From Balanoglossus misakiensis (Eukaryota > Animalia > Hemichordata), in contig CM082582.2 in the NCBI GenBank assembly GCA_040954595.2, positions 1,844,303 to 1,908,302 on the forward strand: a DNA stretch of 64,000 nt, written 5' to 3'. The notes beneath the pieces are model-generated. The model made no database searches. It was given only the letters and a program-made list of their open reading frames with translations, and had not been told where the DNA came from. The translations under genes were made by a program, and so were the position numbers. The first letter of the stretch is position 1; every line of letters begins with the position of its first letter. Of the stretch, positions 15,001-26,900 are shown in pieces.

Positions 15001-16303
15001 TGACATAAAGTAAAATTGTTCACATTGACTTCATAAATGTTCTGTGTCCATTCTTGCATTCATGTCCATGTACGTGATGTATCTATAGACATATTGTGAC
15101 CAGACAAATTATTACAACTCTGGTATTCTGTTTACAATGTACTAACATGAAGTAAAGTTGTTCATATTGACTTCATAAATGATTTGTTTTCCATTCTTAC
15201 ATTCATGTCCATGTATGTGATGTGTCTATAGACATATTGTGACCAGACAAATTATTACAACCCTGGTATTATGTTTACAATTTACTGACTTCAAGTAAAG
15301 TTGTTCACTTTGACTTCATAAATGATCTGTGTCCATTCTTACATTCATGTCCATGTACGTGATGTGTCTATAGACATATTGTGACCAGACAAATTATTAC
15401 AACTCTGGTATTCTGTTTACAATTTACTGACTTCAAGTAACGTTGTTCACATTGACTTCATAAATGATCTGTGTCCATTCTTGCATTCATGTCCATGTAC
15501 GTGATGTGTCTATAGACATATTGTGACCAGACAAACTATTCCAACTCATGTATTCTGTTTACAATGTGCTTACTTCAAGTAAAGTTGTTCACATTGACTT
15601 CATAAATGATCTGTGACCATTCTTGCATTCATGTCCATGTACGTGATGTGTTTATAGACATATTGTGACCAGACAAATTATTACAACTCTGGTATTCTGT
15701 TTACAATTTACTGACTTCAAGTGAAGTTGTTCACATTGACTTCATAAATGATCTGTGTCCATTCTTGCATTCATGTCCATGTACGTGATGTGTCTATAGA
15801 CATATTGTGACCAGACAAACTATTTCAACTCATGTATTCTGTTTGCAATGTACTGAATTCAAGTAAAGTTGTTCACATTGACTTCATAAATGATCTGTGT
15901 CCATTCTTGCATTCATGTCCATGTACGTGATGTGTCTATAGACATATTGTGACCAGACAAATTATTACAACTCTGGTTTCTGTTTACAATTTACTGACTT
16001 CAACTAAAGTTGTTCACTTTGACTTCATAAATGATCTGTGTCCATTCTTGCATTCATGTCCATGTACGTGATGTGTCTATAGACATATTGTGACCAGAAA
16101 AATTATTACAACTCTGGTATTCTGTTTACAATTTACTGACTTCAAGTAAAGTTGTTCACATTGACTTCATAAATGATCTGTGTCCATTCTTGCATTCATG
16201 TCCATGTACGTGATGTGTCTATAGACATATTGTGATCAGACAAATTATTACAACTGTGGTATTCTGTTTACAATGTACTGACATGAAGTATAGTTGTTCA
16301 CAT
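1..16303 (+). repeat. 142-bp tandem satellite array, block 1 (with 7/8/11-mer HORs)
   Basis: TCACATTGAC recurs at 1 and 143 and onward (period 142). Monomers differ at a small set of recurrent diagnostic sites. Each carries the palindrome TGTCTATAGACA. Confidence 0.99.
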
Positions 16304-16489
16304 TGTGCTGATACGTCATCAGCAGATGATTAAAATGTGATTCATTAGCATATTATGTAACGTGTGCAAAGGAAGCAACACGAGTGTGATGCGGATCTTG
16401 GATGTACTTGAGTAGTTTGTTAGCGATGTTATGCTGGACAATAAATAGTTCTTGAATAGAAACTACCCGACTCGGCGTAATTCGTGACA
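16304..16489 (+). repeat. 5' LTR
   Basis: TGTGCTGATACG...TTCGTGACA, identical by eye to 20784-20969. Contains AATAAA. Confidence 0.97.
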
Positions 16490-16502
16490 TGGTGGCAGCG
16501 GT
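16490..16502 (+). promoter_or_regulatory. Primer-binding site, likely tRNA-Leu
   Basis: TGGTGGCAGCGGT directly follows the LTR and is complementary to the ...ACCGCTGCCA-CCA 3' end of metazoan tRNA-Leu (from recall, not searched). Confidence 0.8.
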
Positions 16503-16562
16503 AAAGCAGTGAAAACCGTGCAGTACCAGTAACTTTCCCGGACGAGGAACACGGAAACCAAG

Positions 16563-19500
16563 ATGCCGAAAGCTAACCCGCCAGAAAGCTTCAGCTTCAA
16601 CGTAGCGGAATGGCCCGCGTGGAAGACACGTTTCACAAGGTACAGACTGATTACGAAGCTCGACAAGGAATCTGGGGCGATCCAGGTAAACACACTCCTT
16701 TATAGCATGGGCCCAGAAGCCGATAAAGTCTTTGCCGGACTAAGATTCGCCGCTGAGACTGATAAAAATAACTACGACATCGTTATGCAGAAACTCGACG
16801 AGCATTTCATCCCTAAAACAAACGTCATCCATGAAAGACTCTGTTTCAACCAACGGGTACAACAAAAAGGGGAACCCGTAGAAGCATTTCTGAGAGATCT
16901 TTATGACATGGCAGATCGTTGCGACTTTGGAGTATTTCGAGATCAAAGTCTTCGGGATAGAATTGTCGTCGGAATACTCGATTCGGAAGTGTCACAAAGA
17001 ATGCAATTGGAAAGTGGTTTGACACTTGAAAAAGCGATCGAGATGGCAAAACAGGCAGAAAAGGTAAAAGACCAAGTTTCCGCACAAGGACATGCCAAAG
17101 CCCTTGACGAAGTTTTCGAAAGAAGGAAAACGCCGTACAAACCGGGTAGAAAACAAGGCAGGTCGCCAAAAGGGAAAGGAGAAGAAAATCCCAAAAGTGC
17201 ATGCGGTAGGTGCGGCCGGAAACACGCAAAAGGACAGTGTCCCGCTCGAGGAAAAGAGTGTAACAAATGTAAAAAGATGAACCACTTCGCAACCGTTTGC
17301 AGAAGCAAAGATGTGAAAGAGGTGACAAAAATGGAAACTACCGTTGAGGAAGTGGAGAAAAGGTCATATTTCTTGGGAGCCATTTCCAAAGCCGAGGAAA
17401 TGAAGACAGCTTGGCAAGTAAACTTGAAGGTCAGTGGGAAAACCATTAATTTCAAGATCGACACGGGCGCCGACATATCCGTTATCTCACACAAGATATA
17501 TAAACAAATAGCCAGAGGCACTCCACTGAAACCACCCGATGCCGATTTATTGAGCCCAGGGGGAAAACTGGATTGCAAAGGTCAGTTTACAGCCCACATC
17601 CGCTACAAAGACAAAGTCTATTCTGTACCAATATACGTGATACAGGGAGATCATGTCAACAACCTGCTCGGACGGGAGATTGCCTGTCAGATGGGACTGG
17701 TAATTAGAGCCGAAGAGGTCAGTAACCCAAAGAGTCCTGAGCAAACAAATGTGTTTGGAGATGTAGGCTTAGTGCAATGTAAGCCAGTAAAAATACAGCT
17801 GAAAGAAGGTGCTAAACCGTACAGTGTAAACACAACACGACGGGTTCCATTTCCAATGCTTCAAAAAGTGAAGGAAGAGTTGCAGCGAATGCTTGAAAAT
17901 GAAATTATAGAAGAGGTTACCGAGCCAACAGAATGGTGTGCTCCTATGGTAGTGGTCCAAAAGCCGAGTGGAAAAGTCAGAATTTGTGTGGATCTGAGGA
18001 AATTAAATGAAGAAGTGAAGAGAGAAAGATATGTCCTCCCAACATTAGAAGACATAGCTCCAAAACTAGCAGGATCCAACGTATTCTCCAAACTAGATGC
18101 CTCAAGTGGATTCTGGCAGATTCCCTTAGATCCAGAGAGCTCAAAGTTGACCACATTTATTACACCGTTTGGTCGGTTCTGCTTCAAAAGGCTGCCATTT
18201 GGAATTACCTCAGCACCCGAAATATTCCAGCGTGTAATGTCAGACATGTTGCGTGACCATGACAACGTAGAGGCTATCATGGACGACATCATAATACATG
18301 GGAAATCGGGAGATGACCACGATAAACATCTCAACAAAACACTTCGTACAGTAGAACATTCCGGACTGAAACTAAATAAAGGAAAGTGTGAAATAAAGAA
18401 ATCAAGCATCAAGTTCTTTGGAGGGATAATTAGCGGAGATGGCGTGAGCGCAGATCCAGATAAAGTGAAAGCAATAGAAGAGCTTCCACCCCCTACCAAT
18501 GTACATGAACTGAAGCAACTCCTTGGCATGATAAACTACCTCGGAAAATTCCTGCCAAACTTGTCAGCCACACTACAGCCAATGAGCGAATTACTCAAAA
18601 GTGATACAGCATGGCTCTGGGGACCAAAGCAAGACGACGCCTTTAAGAAAATGAAAGAATTAGTAACAAGAACACCGGTTTTGGCATTTTACGACCCAAG
18701 TAAACCAATCACGGTGAGTGCAGACTCAAGCAGCTACGCAATGGGTGCAGTCCTATTTCAAGATGAGGGAGATAGACGACGACCAGTAGCCTATGCTTCC
18801 CGCACATTGACCAAAGCTGAGCAGAGATACGCACAGATAGAAAAGGAATGTCTTGCAGGTGTATGGGCATGTGAAAAATTCTCACGTTACCTGACCGGAT
18901 TGGAGTCATTCACCCTGGAAACCGATCATAAGCCATTAGTACCACTGATAAACAGCCAAGATTTGGACAAGACACCACTGAGATGTCAACGACTACTACT
19001 ACGACTAATGAGGTTCAACGCCAAGGCAGTGTATGTACCAGGCAAGGAATTGGTGGTAGCTGACACACTTTCCAGACTTCCAGTAAAACGTACAGAAAGC
19101 CCAACCACCGTGGAAGATGTACAAGCCCACGTGGAGTACGTGGAAGCAAGCAAACCAGTTTCAACAGAAAAGCTGGAAGAGATTAGTGAACAAACACAAG
19201 CTGATGACCAACTACGACTCGTCCTAGAGTTTACAAAACTAGGATGGCCCAAACGATCGAAAGTAGTCCCAGAAGAAATACAGAAATATTTCGCTGTAAG
19301 GGGACAACTGTCAGTCATCAACAACATGGTGCTCTATGAAGATAGAATCGTGATTCCTACAAGTATGAGGGATGATACCCTCAACCGAATCCACGAAGGA
19401 CATCAGGGTTTGACAAAATGCCGTGAGCGAGCTATCCAGTCAGTTTGGTGGCCAGGCATCGCAAAAGATATCAAGAAGAAGATATCCACATGCAAGTTTT

Positions 19501-20501
19501 GCAATGAAAACAAACCAACCCAAAGAAGAGAACCACTGATGACTACCCCATTGCCAGAGAGGCCATGGCAGAAAATTGCGGTCGATCTCTGTGAATGCGA
19601 TGGCCAGAAATACATGGTAGTGATGGATTACCAAACCAGATGGTTAGAAATTGTACACATGACCACCACCACTAGTCGACAAATAATAGGCAAACTGAAG
19701 AATATGTTTGCAAGATGGGGAATTCCAGAAGAAATATTCTCCGACAACGGTCCACAGTTTACAGCTTTCGAATTCCAAGAGTTTAGCAGAAAGTATGGAT
19801 TTCGATGCAACACCTCCAGCCCTCATTACCCACAATCCAATGGAGAGGCAGAAAGCGGCGTTCGCATCGCGAAGAAAATCCTGAAGCAAGAAGATCCATT
19901 TCTTGCACTGATGAGTTACAGAGAAACTCCAATAGCAGCCACAGGCACCAGTCCATGCAAGTTGATGATGGGACGTCAAATACGCACAACACTCCCAACA
20001 CTTCCACAAAATTTAGTGCCGGAACAGCCCGACCTGAAGACAGTCCGAGCTGCAGATAAGAAGGCCAAAGATGCATACAAAAGAGCATACAATAAACGAC
20101 ATGGAACGAAAAGCCTGCCAGAGCTGTTGCCAGGAGACGAAGTCAAAGTTAAATTGGATGGAGAAAGTGGTTGGAAAACACCAGCAAAAGTAATCAGTGC
20201 TGATACAACACCACGTTCTTACATCATACAGACATCAAATGGTACTCTGAGGAGAAACCGGAGACATCTATTGTTCACATCGAGACCAGAGAAGTCATCC
20301 CAGAATGCAACACCACCGAAGGAACAAATATCGTATCCGGTTATGCCAACCAGAGAAGAAAGTCCACTACCCAGAGGGGAAAAAGATGCTACAACAAACG
20401 GAGAGATAACACCACCACCTCCGGAAAATACAGGAGAGCAGGTCCGAACCAGAAGTGGACGAATCGTGAAGAAACCGGTGAAATATCACGATGAGTATTA
20501 G
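16563..20501 (+). CDS. Gag-Pol polyprotein (2 zinc knuckles, aspartic protease, RT, RNase H, integrase), 1312 aa
   Basis: CGRCGRKHAKGQC and CNKCKKMNHFATVC knuckles; protease KIDTGAD; RT LDASSGFWQ, LPFG, IMDD; RNase H ADSS...EKE...TDH; integrase HEGH...CKFC, VDL, SDNG, NGEAE. No stops. Confidence 0.97.
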   Translation: MPKANPPESFSFNVAEWPAWKTRFTRYRLITKLDKESGAIQVNTLLYSMGPEADKVFAGLRFAAETDKNNYDIVMQKLDEHFIPKTNVIHERLCFNQRVQQKGEPVEAFLRDLYDMADRCDFGVFRDQSLRDRIVVGILDSEVSQRMQLESGLTLEKAIEMAKQAEKVKDQVSAQGHAKALDEVFERRKTPYKPGRKQGRSPKGKGEENPKSACGRCGRKHAKGQCPARGKECNKCKKMNHFATVCRSKDVKEVTKMETTVEEVEKRSYFLGAISKAEEMKTAWQVNLKVSGKTINFKIDTGADISVISHKIYKQIARGTPLKPPDADLLSPGGKLDCKGQFTAHIRYKDKVYSVPIYVIQGDHVNNLLGREIACQMGLVIRAEEVSNPKSPEQTNVFGDVGLVQCKPVKIQLKEGAKPYSVNTTRRVPFPMLQKVKEELQRMLENEIIEEVTEPTEWCAPMVVVQKPSGKVRICVDLRKLNEEVKRERYVLPTLEDIAPKLAGSNVFSKLDASSGFWQIPLDPESSKLTTFITPFGRFCFKRLPFGITSAPEIFQRVMSDMLRDHDNVEAIMDDIIIHGKSGDDHDKHLNKTLRTVEHSGLKLNKGKCEIKKSSIKFFGGIISGDGVSADPDKVKAIEELPPPTNVHELKQLLGMINYLGKFLPNLSATLQPMSELLKSDTAWLWGPKQDDAFKKMKELVTRTPVLAFYDPSKPITVSADSSSYAMGAVLFQDEGDRRRPVAYASRTLTKAEQRYAQIEKECLAGVWACEKFSRYLTGLESFTLETDHKPLVPLINSQDLDKTPLRCQRLLLRLMRFNAKAVYVPGKELVVADTLSRLPVKRTESPTTVEDVQAHVEYVEASKPVSTEKLEEISEQTQADDQLRLVLEFTKLGWPKRSKVVPEEIQKYFAVRGQLSVINNMVLYEDRIVIPTSMRDDTLNRIHEGHQGLTKCRERAIQSVWWPGIAKDIKKKISTCKFCNENKPTQRREPLMTTPLPERPWQKIAVDLCECDGQKYMVVMDYQTRWLEIVHMTTTTSRQIIGKLKNMFARWGIPEEIFSDNGPQFTAFEFQEFSRKYGFRCNTSSPHYPQSNGEAESGVRIAKKILKQEDPFLALMSYRETPIAATGTSPCKLMMGRQIRTTLPTLPQNLVPEQPDLKTVRAADKKAKDAYKRAYNKRHGTKSLPELLPGDEVKVKLDGESGWKTPAKVISADTTPRSYIIQTSNGTLRRNRRHLLFTSRPEKSSQNATPPKEQISYPVMPTREESPLPRGEKDATTNGEITPPPPENTGEQVRTRSGRIVKKPVKYHDEY

Positions 20502-20769
20502 GGCTAGATAGAAGGCAGATGCCACTGTGAGGGGCAGAATAATCCCCTGGCACTGTCAAGCTTAGGGTAGTCCACCCCTAAGTGTAGTTGTATAGGGTAA
20601 CTTGTTTGAGTATTATTAGCCTAGTAGAGACAATTACTTTCAATATTACCACAATGAACACTAATGAAAGACAATAAGACAATTACGATATTTTGAGTTT
20701 TATTTGAGCTTTATTTGCATTGGCATTCGTAACAGCAAGTTTGTTTATGTGTAAAAGTGTCACAAACTC

Positions 20770-20783
20770 AAAAGAAAGGGAGA
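20770..20783 (+). promoter_or_regulatory. Polypurine tract
   Basis: AAAAGAAAGGGAGA abuts the 3' LTR. Confidence 0.9.
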
Positions 20784-20969
20784 TGTGCTGATACGTCATC
20801 AGCAGATGATTAAAATGTGATTCATTAGCATATTATGTAACGTGTGCAAAGGAAGCAACACGAGTGTGATGCGGATCTTGGATGTACTTGAGTAGTTTGT
20901 TAGCGATGTTATGCTGGACAATAAATAGTTCTTGAATAGAAACTACCCGACTCGGCGTAATTCGTGACA
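20784..20969 (+). repeat. 3' LTR
   Basis: Direct repeat of 16304-16489. Confidence 0.97.
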
Positions 20970-23900
20970 CACATTGACTTCATAAATGATCTGTGTCCAT
21001 TCTTGCATTCATATCTATGTACGTGATGTGTCTATAGACATATTGTGACCAGACAAACTATTTCAACTCATGTATTCTGTTTACAATGTACTGAATTCAA
21101 GTAAAGTTGTTCACATTGACTTCATAAATGATCTGTGTCCATTCTTGCAGTCATGTCAATATACGTGATGTGTCTATAGACATATTGTGACCAGACAAAT
21201 TATTACAACTCTGGTATTCTGTTTACAATGTACTGACTTCAAGTAAAGTTGTTCACATTGACTTCATAAATGATCTGTGTCCATTCTTGCATTCATGTCC
21301 ATGTACGTGATGTGTCTATAGACATATTGTGACCAGACAAATTAATACAACTATGGTATTCTGTTTACAATGTAATGACTTCAAGTAAAGTTGTTCACAT
21401 TGACTTCATAAATGATCTGTGTCCATTCTTGCAGTCATGTCCATGTACGTGATGTGTCTATAGACATATTGTGACCAGACAAATTATTACAACTCTGGTA
21501 TTCTGTTTACAATTTACTGACTTCAAGTGAAGTTGTTCACATTGACTTCATAAATGATCTGTGTCCATTCTTGCATTCATGTCCATGTACGTGATGTGTC
21601 TATAGACATATTGTGACCAGACAAATTATTACAACTCTGATATTCTGTTTACAATGTACTGACATAAAGTAAAATTGTTCACATTGACTTCATAAATGAT
21701 CTGTGTCCATTCTTGCATTCATGTCCATGTACGTGATGTGTCTATAGACATATTGTGATCAGACAAATTATTCCAACTCATGTATTCTGTTTACAATGTG
21801 CTTACTTCAAGTAAAGTTGTTCACATTGACTTCATAAATGATCTGTGACCATTCTTGCATTCATGTCTATGTACGTGATGTGTTTATAGACATATTGGGA
21901 CCAGACAAATTATTACAACTCTGGTATTTTGTGTACAATTTCCTGACTTCAAGTAAAGTTGTCCACATTGACTTCATAAATGATCTGTGTCCATTCTTGC
22001 GATCATATCTATGTACGTGATGTGTCTATAGACATATTGTGACCAGACAAACTATTTCAACTCATGTATTCTGTTTGCAATGTACTGAATTCAAGTAAAG
22101 TTGTTCACATTGACTTCATAAATGATCTGTGTCCATTCTTGCATTCATGTCCATGTACGTGATGTGTCTATAGACATATTGTGACCAGACAAATTATTAC
22201 AACTCTGGCTTCTGTTTACAATTTACTGACTTCAAGTAAAGTTGTTCACTTTGACTTCATAAATGATCTGTGTCCATTCTTGCATTCATGTCCATGTACG
22301 TGATGTTTCTATAGACATATTGTGACCAGACAAATTATTACAACTCTGATATTCTGTTTACAATGTACTGACATAAAGTAAAATTGTTCACATTGACTTC
22401 ATAAATGATCTGTGTCCATTCTTGCATTCATGTCCATGTACGTGATGTGTCTATAGACATATTGTGATCAGACAAATTATTCCAACTCATGTATTCTGTT
22501 TACAATGTGCTTACTTCAAGTAAAGTTGTTCACATTGACTTCATAAATTATCTGTGACCATTCTTGCATTCATGTCTATGTACGTGATGTGTTTATAGAC
22601 ATATTGGGACCAGACAAATTATTACAACTCTGGTATTTTGTGTACAATTTCCTGACTTCAAGTAAAGTTGTCCACATTGACTTCATAAATGATCTGTGTC
22701 CATTCTTGCGATCATATCTATGTACGTGATGTGTCTATAGACATATTGTGACCAGACAAACTATTTCAACTCATGTATTCTGTTTGCAATGTACTGAATT
22801 CAAGTAAAGTTGTTCACATTGACTTCATAAATGATCTGTGTCCATTCTTGCATTCATGTCCATGTACGTGATGTGTCTATAGACATATTGTGACCAGACA
22901 AATTATTACAACTCTGGCTTCTGTTTACAATTTACTGACTTCAAGTAAAGTTATTCACTTTGACTTCATAAATGATCTGTGTCCATTCTTGCATTCATGT
23001 CCATGTACGTGATGTGTCTATAGACATATTGTGACCAGAAAAATTATTACAACTCTGGTATTCTGTTTACAATTTACTGACTTCAAGTAAAGTTGTTCAC
23101 ATTGACTTCATAAATGATCTGTGTCCATTCTTGCATTCATGTCCATGTACGTGATGTGTCTATAGGCATATTGTGATCAGACAAATTATTACAACTGTGG
23201 TATTCTGTTTACAATGTACTGACATGAAGTATAGTTGTTCACATTGACTTCATAAATGATCTGTGTCCATTCTTGCATTCATATCTATGTACGTGATGTG
23301 TCTATAGACATATTGTGACCAGACAAACTATTTCAACTCATGTATTCTGTTTACAATGTACTGAATTCAAGTAAAGTTGTTCACATTGACTTCATAAATG
23401 ATCTGTGTCCATTCTTGCAGCCATGTCAATATACGTGATGTGTCTATAGACATATTGTGACCAGACAAATTATTACAACTCTGGTATTCTGTTTACAATT
23501 TACTGACTTCAAGTAAAGTTGTTCACATTGACTTCATAAATGATCTGTGTCCATTCTTGCATTCATGTCCATGTACGTGATGTGTATATAGACATATTGT
23601 GACCAGACAAATTAATACAACTATGGTATTCTGTTTACAATGTAATGACTTCAAGTAAAGTTGTTCACATTGACTTCATAAATGATCTGTGTCCATTCTT
23701 GCAGTCATGTCCATGTACGTGATGTGTCTATAGACATATTGTGACCAGACGAATTATTACAACTCTGGTATTCTGTTTACAATTTACTGACTTCAAGTGA
23801 AGTTGTTCACATTGACTTCATAAATGATCTGTGTCCATTCTTGCATTCATGTCCATGTACGTGATGTTTCTATAGACATATTGTGACCAGACAAATTATT

Positions 23901-26900
23901 ACAACTCTGATATTCTGTTTACAATGTACTGACATAAAGTAAAATTGTTCACATTGACTTCATAAATGATCTGTGTCCATTCTTGCATTCATGTCCATGT
24001 ACGTGATGTGTCTATAGACATATTGTGATCAGACAAACTATTCCAACTCATGTATTCTGTTTACAATTTACTGACTTCAAGTAAAGTTGTTCACATTGAC
24101 TTCATAAATGATCTGTGTCCATTCTTGCATTCATGTCCATGTACGTGATGTGTTTATAGACATATTGGGACCAGACAAATTAATACAACTCTGGTATTTT
24201 GTGTACAATTTCCTAACTTCAAGTAAAGTTGTCCACATTGACTTCATAAAGGATCTGTGTCCATTCTTGCATTCATATCTATGTACGTGATGTGTCTATA
24301 GACATATTGTGACCAGACAAACTATTTCAACTCATGTATTCTGTTTGCAATGTACTGAATTCAAGTAAAGTTGTTCACATTGACTTCATAAATGATCTGT
24401 GTCCATTCTTGCATTCATGTCCATGTACGTGATGTGTCTATAGACATATTGTGACCAGACAAATTATTACAACTCTGGCTTCTGTTTACAATTTACTGAC
24501 TTCAAGTAAAGTTGTTCACTTTGACTTCATAAATGATCTGTGTCCATTCTTGCATTCATGTCCATGTACGTGATGTGTCTATAGACATATTGTGACCAGA
24601 CAAATTATTACAACTCTGGCTTCTGTTTACAATTTACTGACTTCAAGTAAAGTTGTTCACTTTGACTTCATAAATGATCTGTGTCCATTCTTGCATTCAT
24701 GTCCATGTACGTGATGTGTCTATAGACATATTGTGCCCAGAAAAATTATTACAACTCTGGTATTCTGTTTACAATTTACTGACTTCAAGTAAAGTTGTTC
24801 ACATTGACTTCATAAATGATCTGTGTCCATTCTTGCATTCATGTCCATGTACGTGATGTGTCTATAGGCATATTGTGATCAGACAAATTATTACAACTGT
24901 GGTATTCTGTTTACAATGTACTGACATGAAGTATAGTTGTTCACATTGACTTCATAAATGATCTGTGTCCATTCTTGCAGTCATGTCCATGTACGTGATG
25001 TGTCTATAGACATATTGTGACCAGACGAATTATTACAACTCTGGTATTCTGTTTACAATTTACTGACTTCAAGTGAAGTTGTTCACATTGACTTCATAAA
25101 TGATCTGTGTCCATTCTTGCATTCATGTCCATGTACGTGATGTTTCTATAGACATATTGTGACCAGACAAATTATTACAACTCTGATATTCTGTTTACAA
25201 TGTACTGACATAAAGTAAAATTATTCACATTGACTTCATAAATGATCTGTGTCCATTCTTGCATTCATGTCCATGTACGTGATGTGTCTATAGACATATT
25301 GTGATCAGACAAACTATTCCAACTCATGTATTCTGTTTACAATTTACTGACTTCAAGTAAAGTTGTTCACATTGACTTCATAAATGATCTGTGTCCATTC
25401 TTGCATTCATGTCCATGTACGTGATGTGTTTATAGACATATTGGGACCAGACAAATTAATACAACTCTGGTATTTTGTGTACAATTTCCTAACTTCAAGT
25501 AAAGTTGTCCACATTGACTTCATAAAGGATCTGTGTCCATTCTTGCATTCATATCTATGTACGTGATGTGTCTATAGACATATTGTGACCAGACAAACTA
25601 TTTCAACTCATGTATTCTGTTTGCAATGTACTGAATTCAAGTAAAGTTGTTCACATTGACTTCATAAATGATCTGTGTCCATTCTTGCATTCATGTCCAT
25701 GTACGTGATGTGTCTATAGACATATTGTGACCAGACAAATTATTACAACTCTGGCTTCTGTTTACAATTTACTGACTTCAAGTAAAGTTGTTCACTTTGA
25801 CTTCATAAATGATCTGTGTCCATTCTTGCATTCATGTCCATGTACGTGATGTGTCTATAGACATATTGTGACCAGAAAAATTATTACAACTCTGGTATTC
25901 TGTTTACAATTTACTGACTTCAAGTAAAGTTGTTCACATTGACTTCATAAATGATCTGTGTCCATTCTTGCATTCATGTCCATGTACGTGATGTGTCTAT
26001 AGACATATTGTGATCAGACAAATTATTACAACTGTGGTATTCTGTTTACAATGTACTGACATGAAGTATAGTTGTTCACATTGACTTCATAAATGATCTG
26101 TGTCCATTCTTGCATTCATATCTATGTACGTGATGTGTCTATAGACATATTGTGACCAGACAAACTATTTCAACTCATGTATTCTGTTTACAATGTACTG
26201 AATTCAAGTAAAGTTGTTCACATTGACTTCATAAATGATCTGTGTCCATTCTTGCAGCCATGTCAATATACGTGATGTGTCTATAGACATATTGTGACCA
26301 GACCAATTATTACAACTCTGGTATTCTGTTTACAATTTACTGACTTCAAGTAAAGTTGTTCACATTGACTTCATAAATGATCTGTGTCCATTCTTGCATG
26401 CATTTCATGTACGTGATGTGTATATAGACATATTGTGACCAGACAAATTAATACAACTATGGTATTCTGTTTACAATGTAATGACTTCAAGTAAAGTTGT
26501 TCACATTGACTTCATAAATGATCTGTGTCCATTCTTGCAGTCATGTCCATGTACGTGATGTGTCTATAGACATATTGTGACCAGACGAATTATTACAACT
26601 CTGGTATTCTGTTTACAATTTACTGACTTCAAGTGAAGTTGTTCACATTGACTTCATAAATGATCTGTGTCCATTCTTGCATTCATGTCCATGTACGTGA
26701 TGTGTCTATAGACATATTGTGACCAGACAAATTATTACAACTCTGATATTCTGTTTACAATGTACTGACATAAAGTAAAATTGTTCACATTGACTTCATA
26801 AATGATCTGTGTCCATTCTTGCATTCATGTCCATGTACGTGATGTGTCTATAGACATATTGTGATCAGACAAACTATTCCAACTCATGTATTCTGTTTAC

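Larger units (their letters stand above)
16304..20969 (+). mobile_element. Full-length Ty3/Gypsy LTR retrotransposon (probably Mag-like), 4666 bp
   Basis: Two 186-bp TG...CA LTRs, PBS, PPT, a single gag-pol ORF in PR-RT-RH-IN order, and TSD CACAT at 16299-16303 and 20970-20974. The satellite resumes in register after the element. Confidence 0.98.

Noticed and set aside
1-16303. CRISPR-like repeat/spacer interpretation of the array
   Set aside because: Variable segments are point variants of one monomer, not unique spacers. There are no cas genes and the context is eukaryotic.
16463-20088. Many antisense and overlapping ORFs within the Gypsy element
   Set aside because: Shadow frames of the gag-pol ORF with no motifs.
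20502-20769. Possible env or extra ORF in the Gypsy 3' region
   Set aside because: Only ~270 bp with no substantial ORF.
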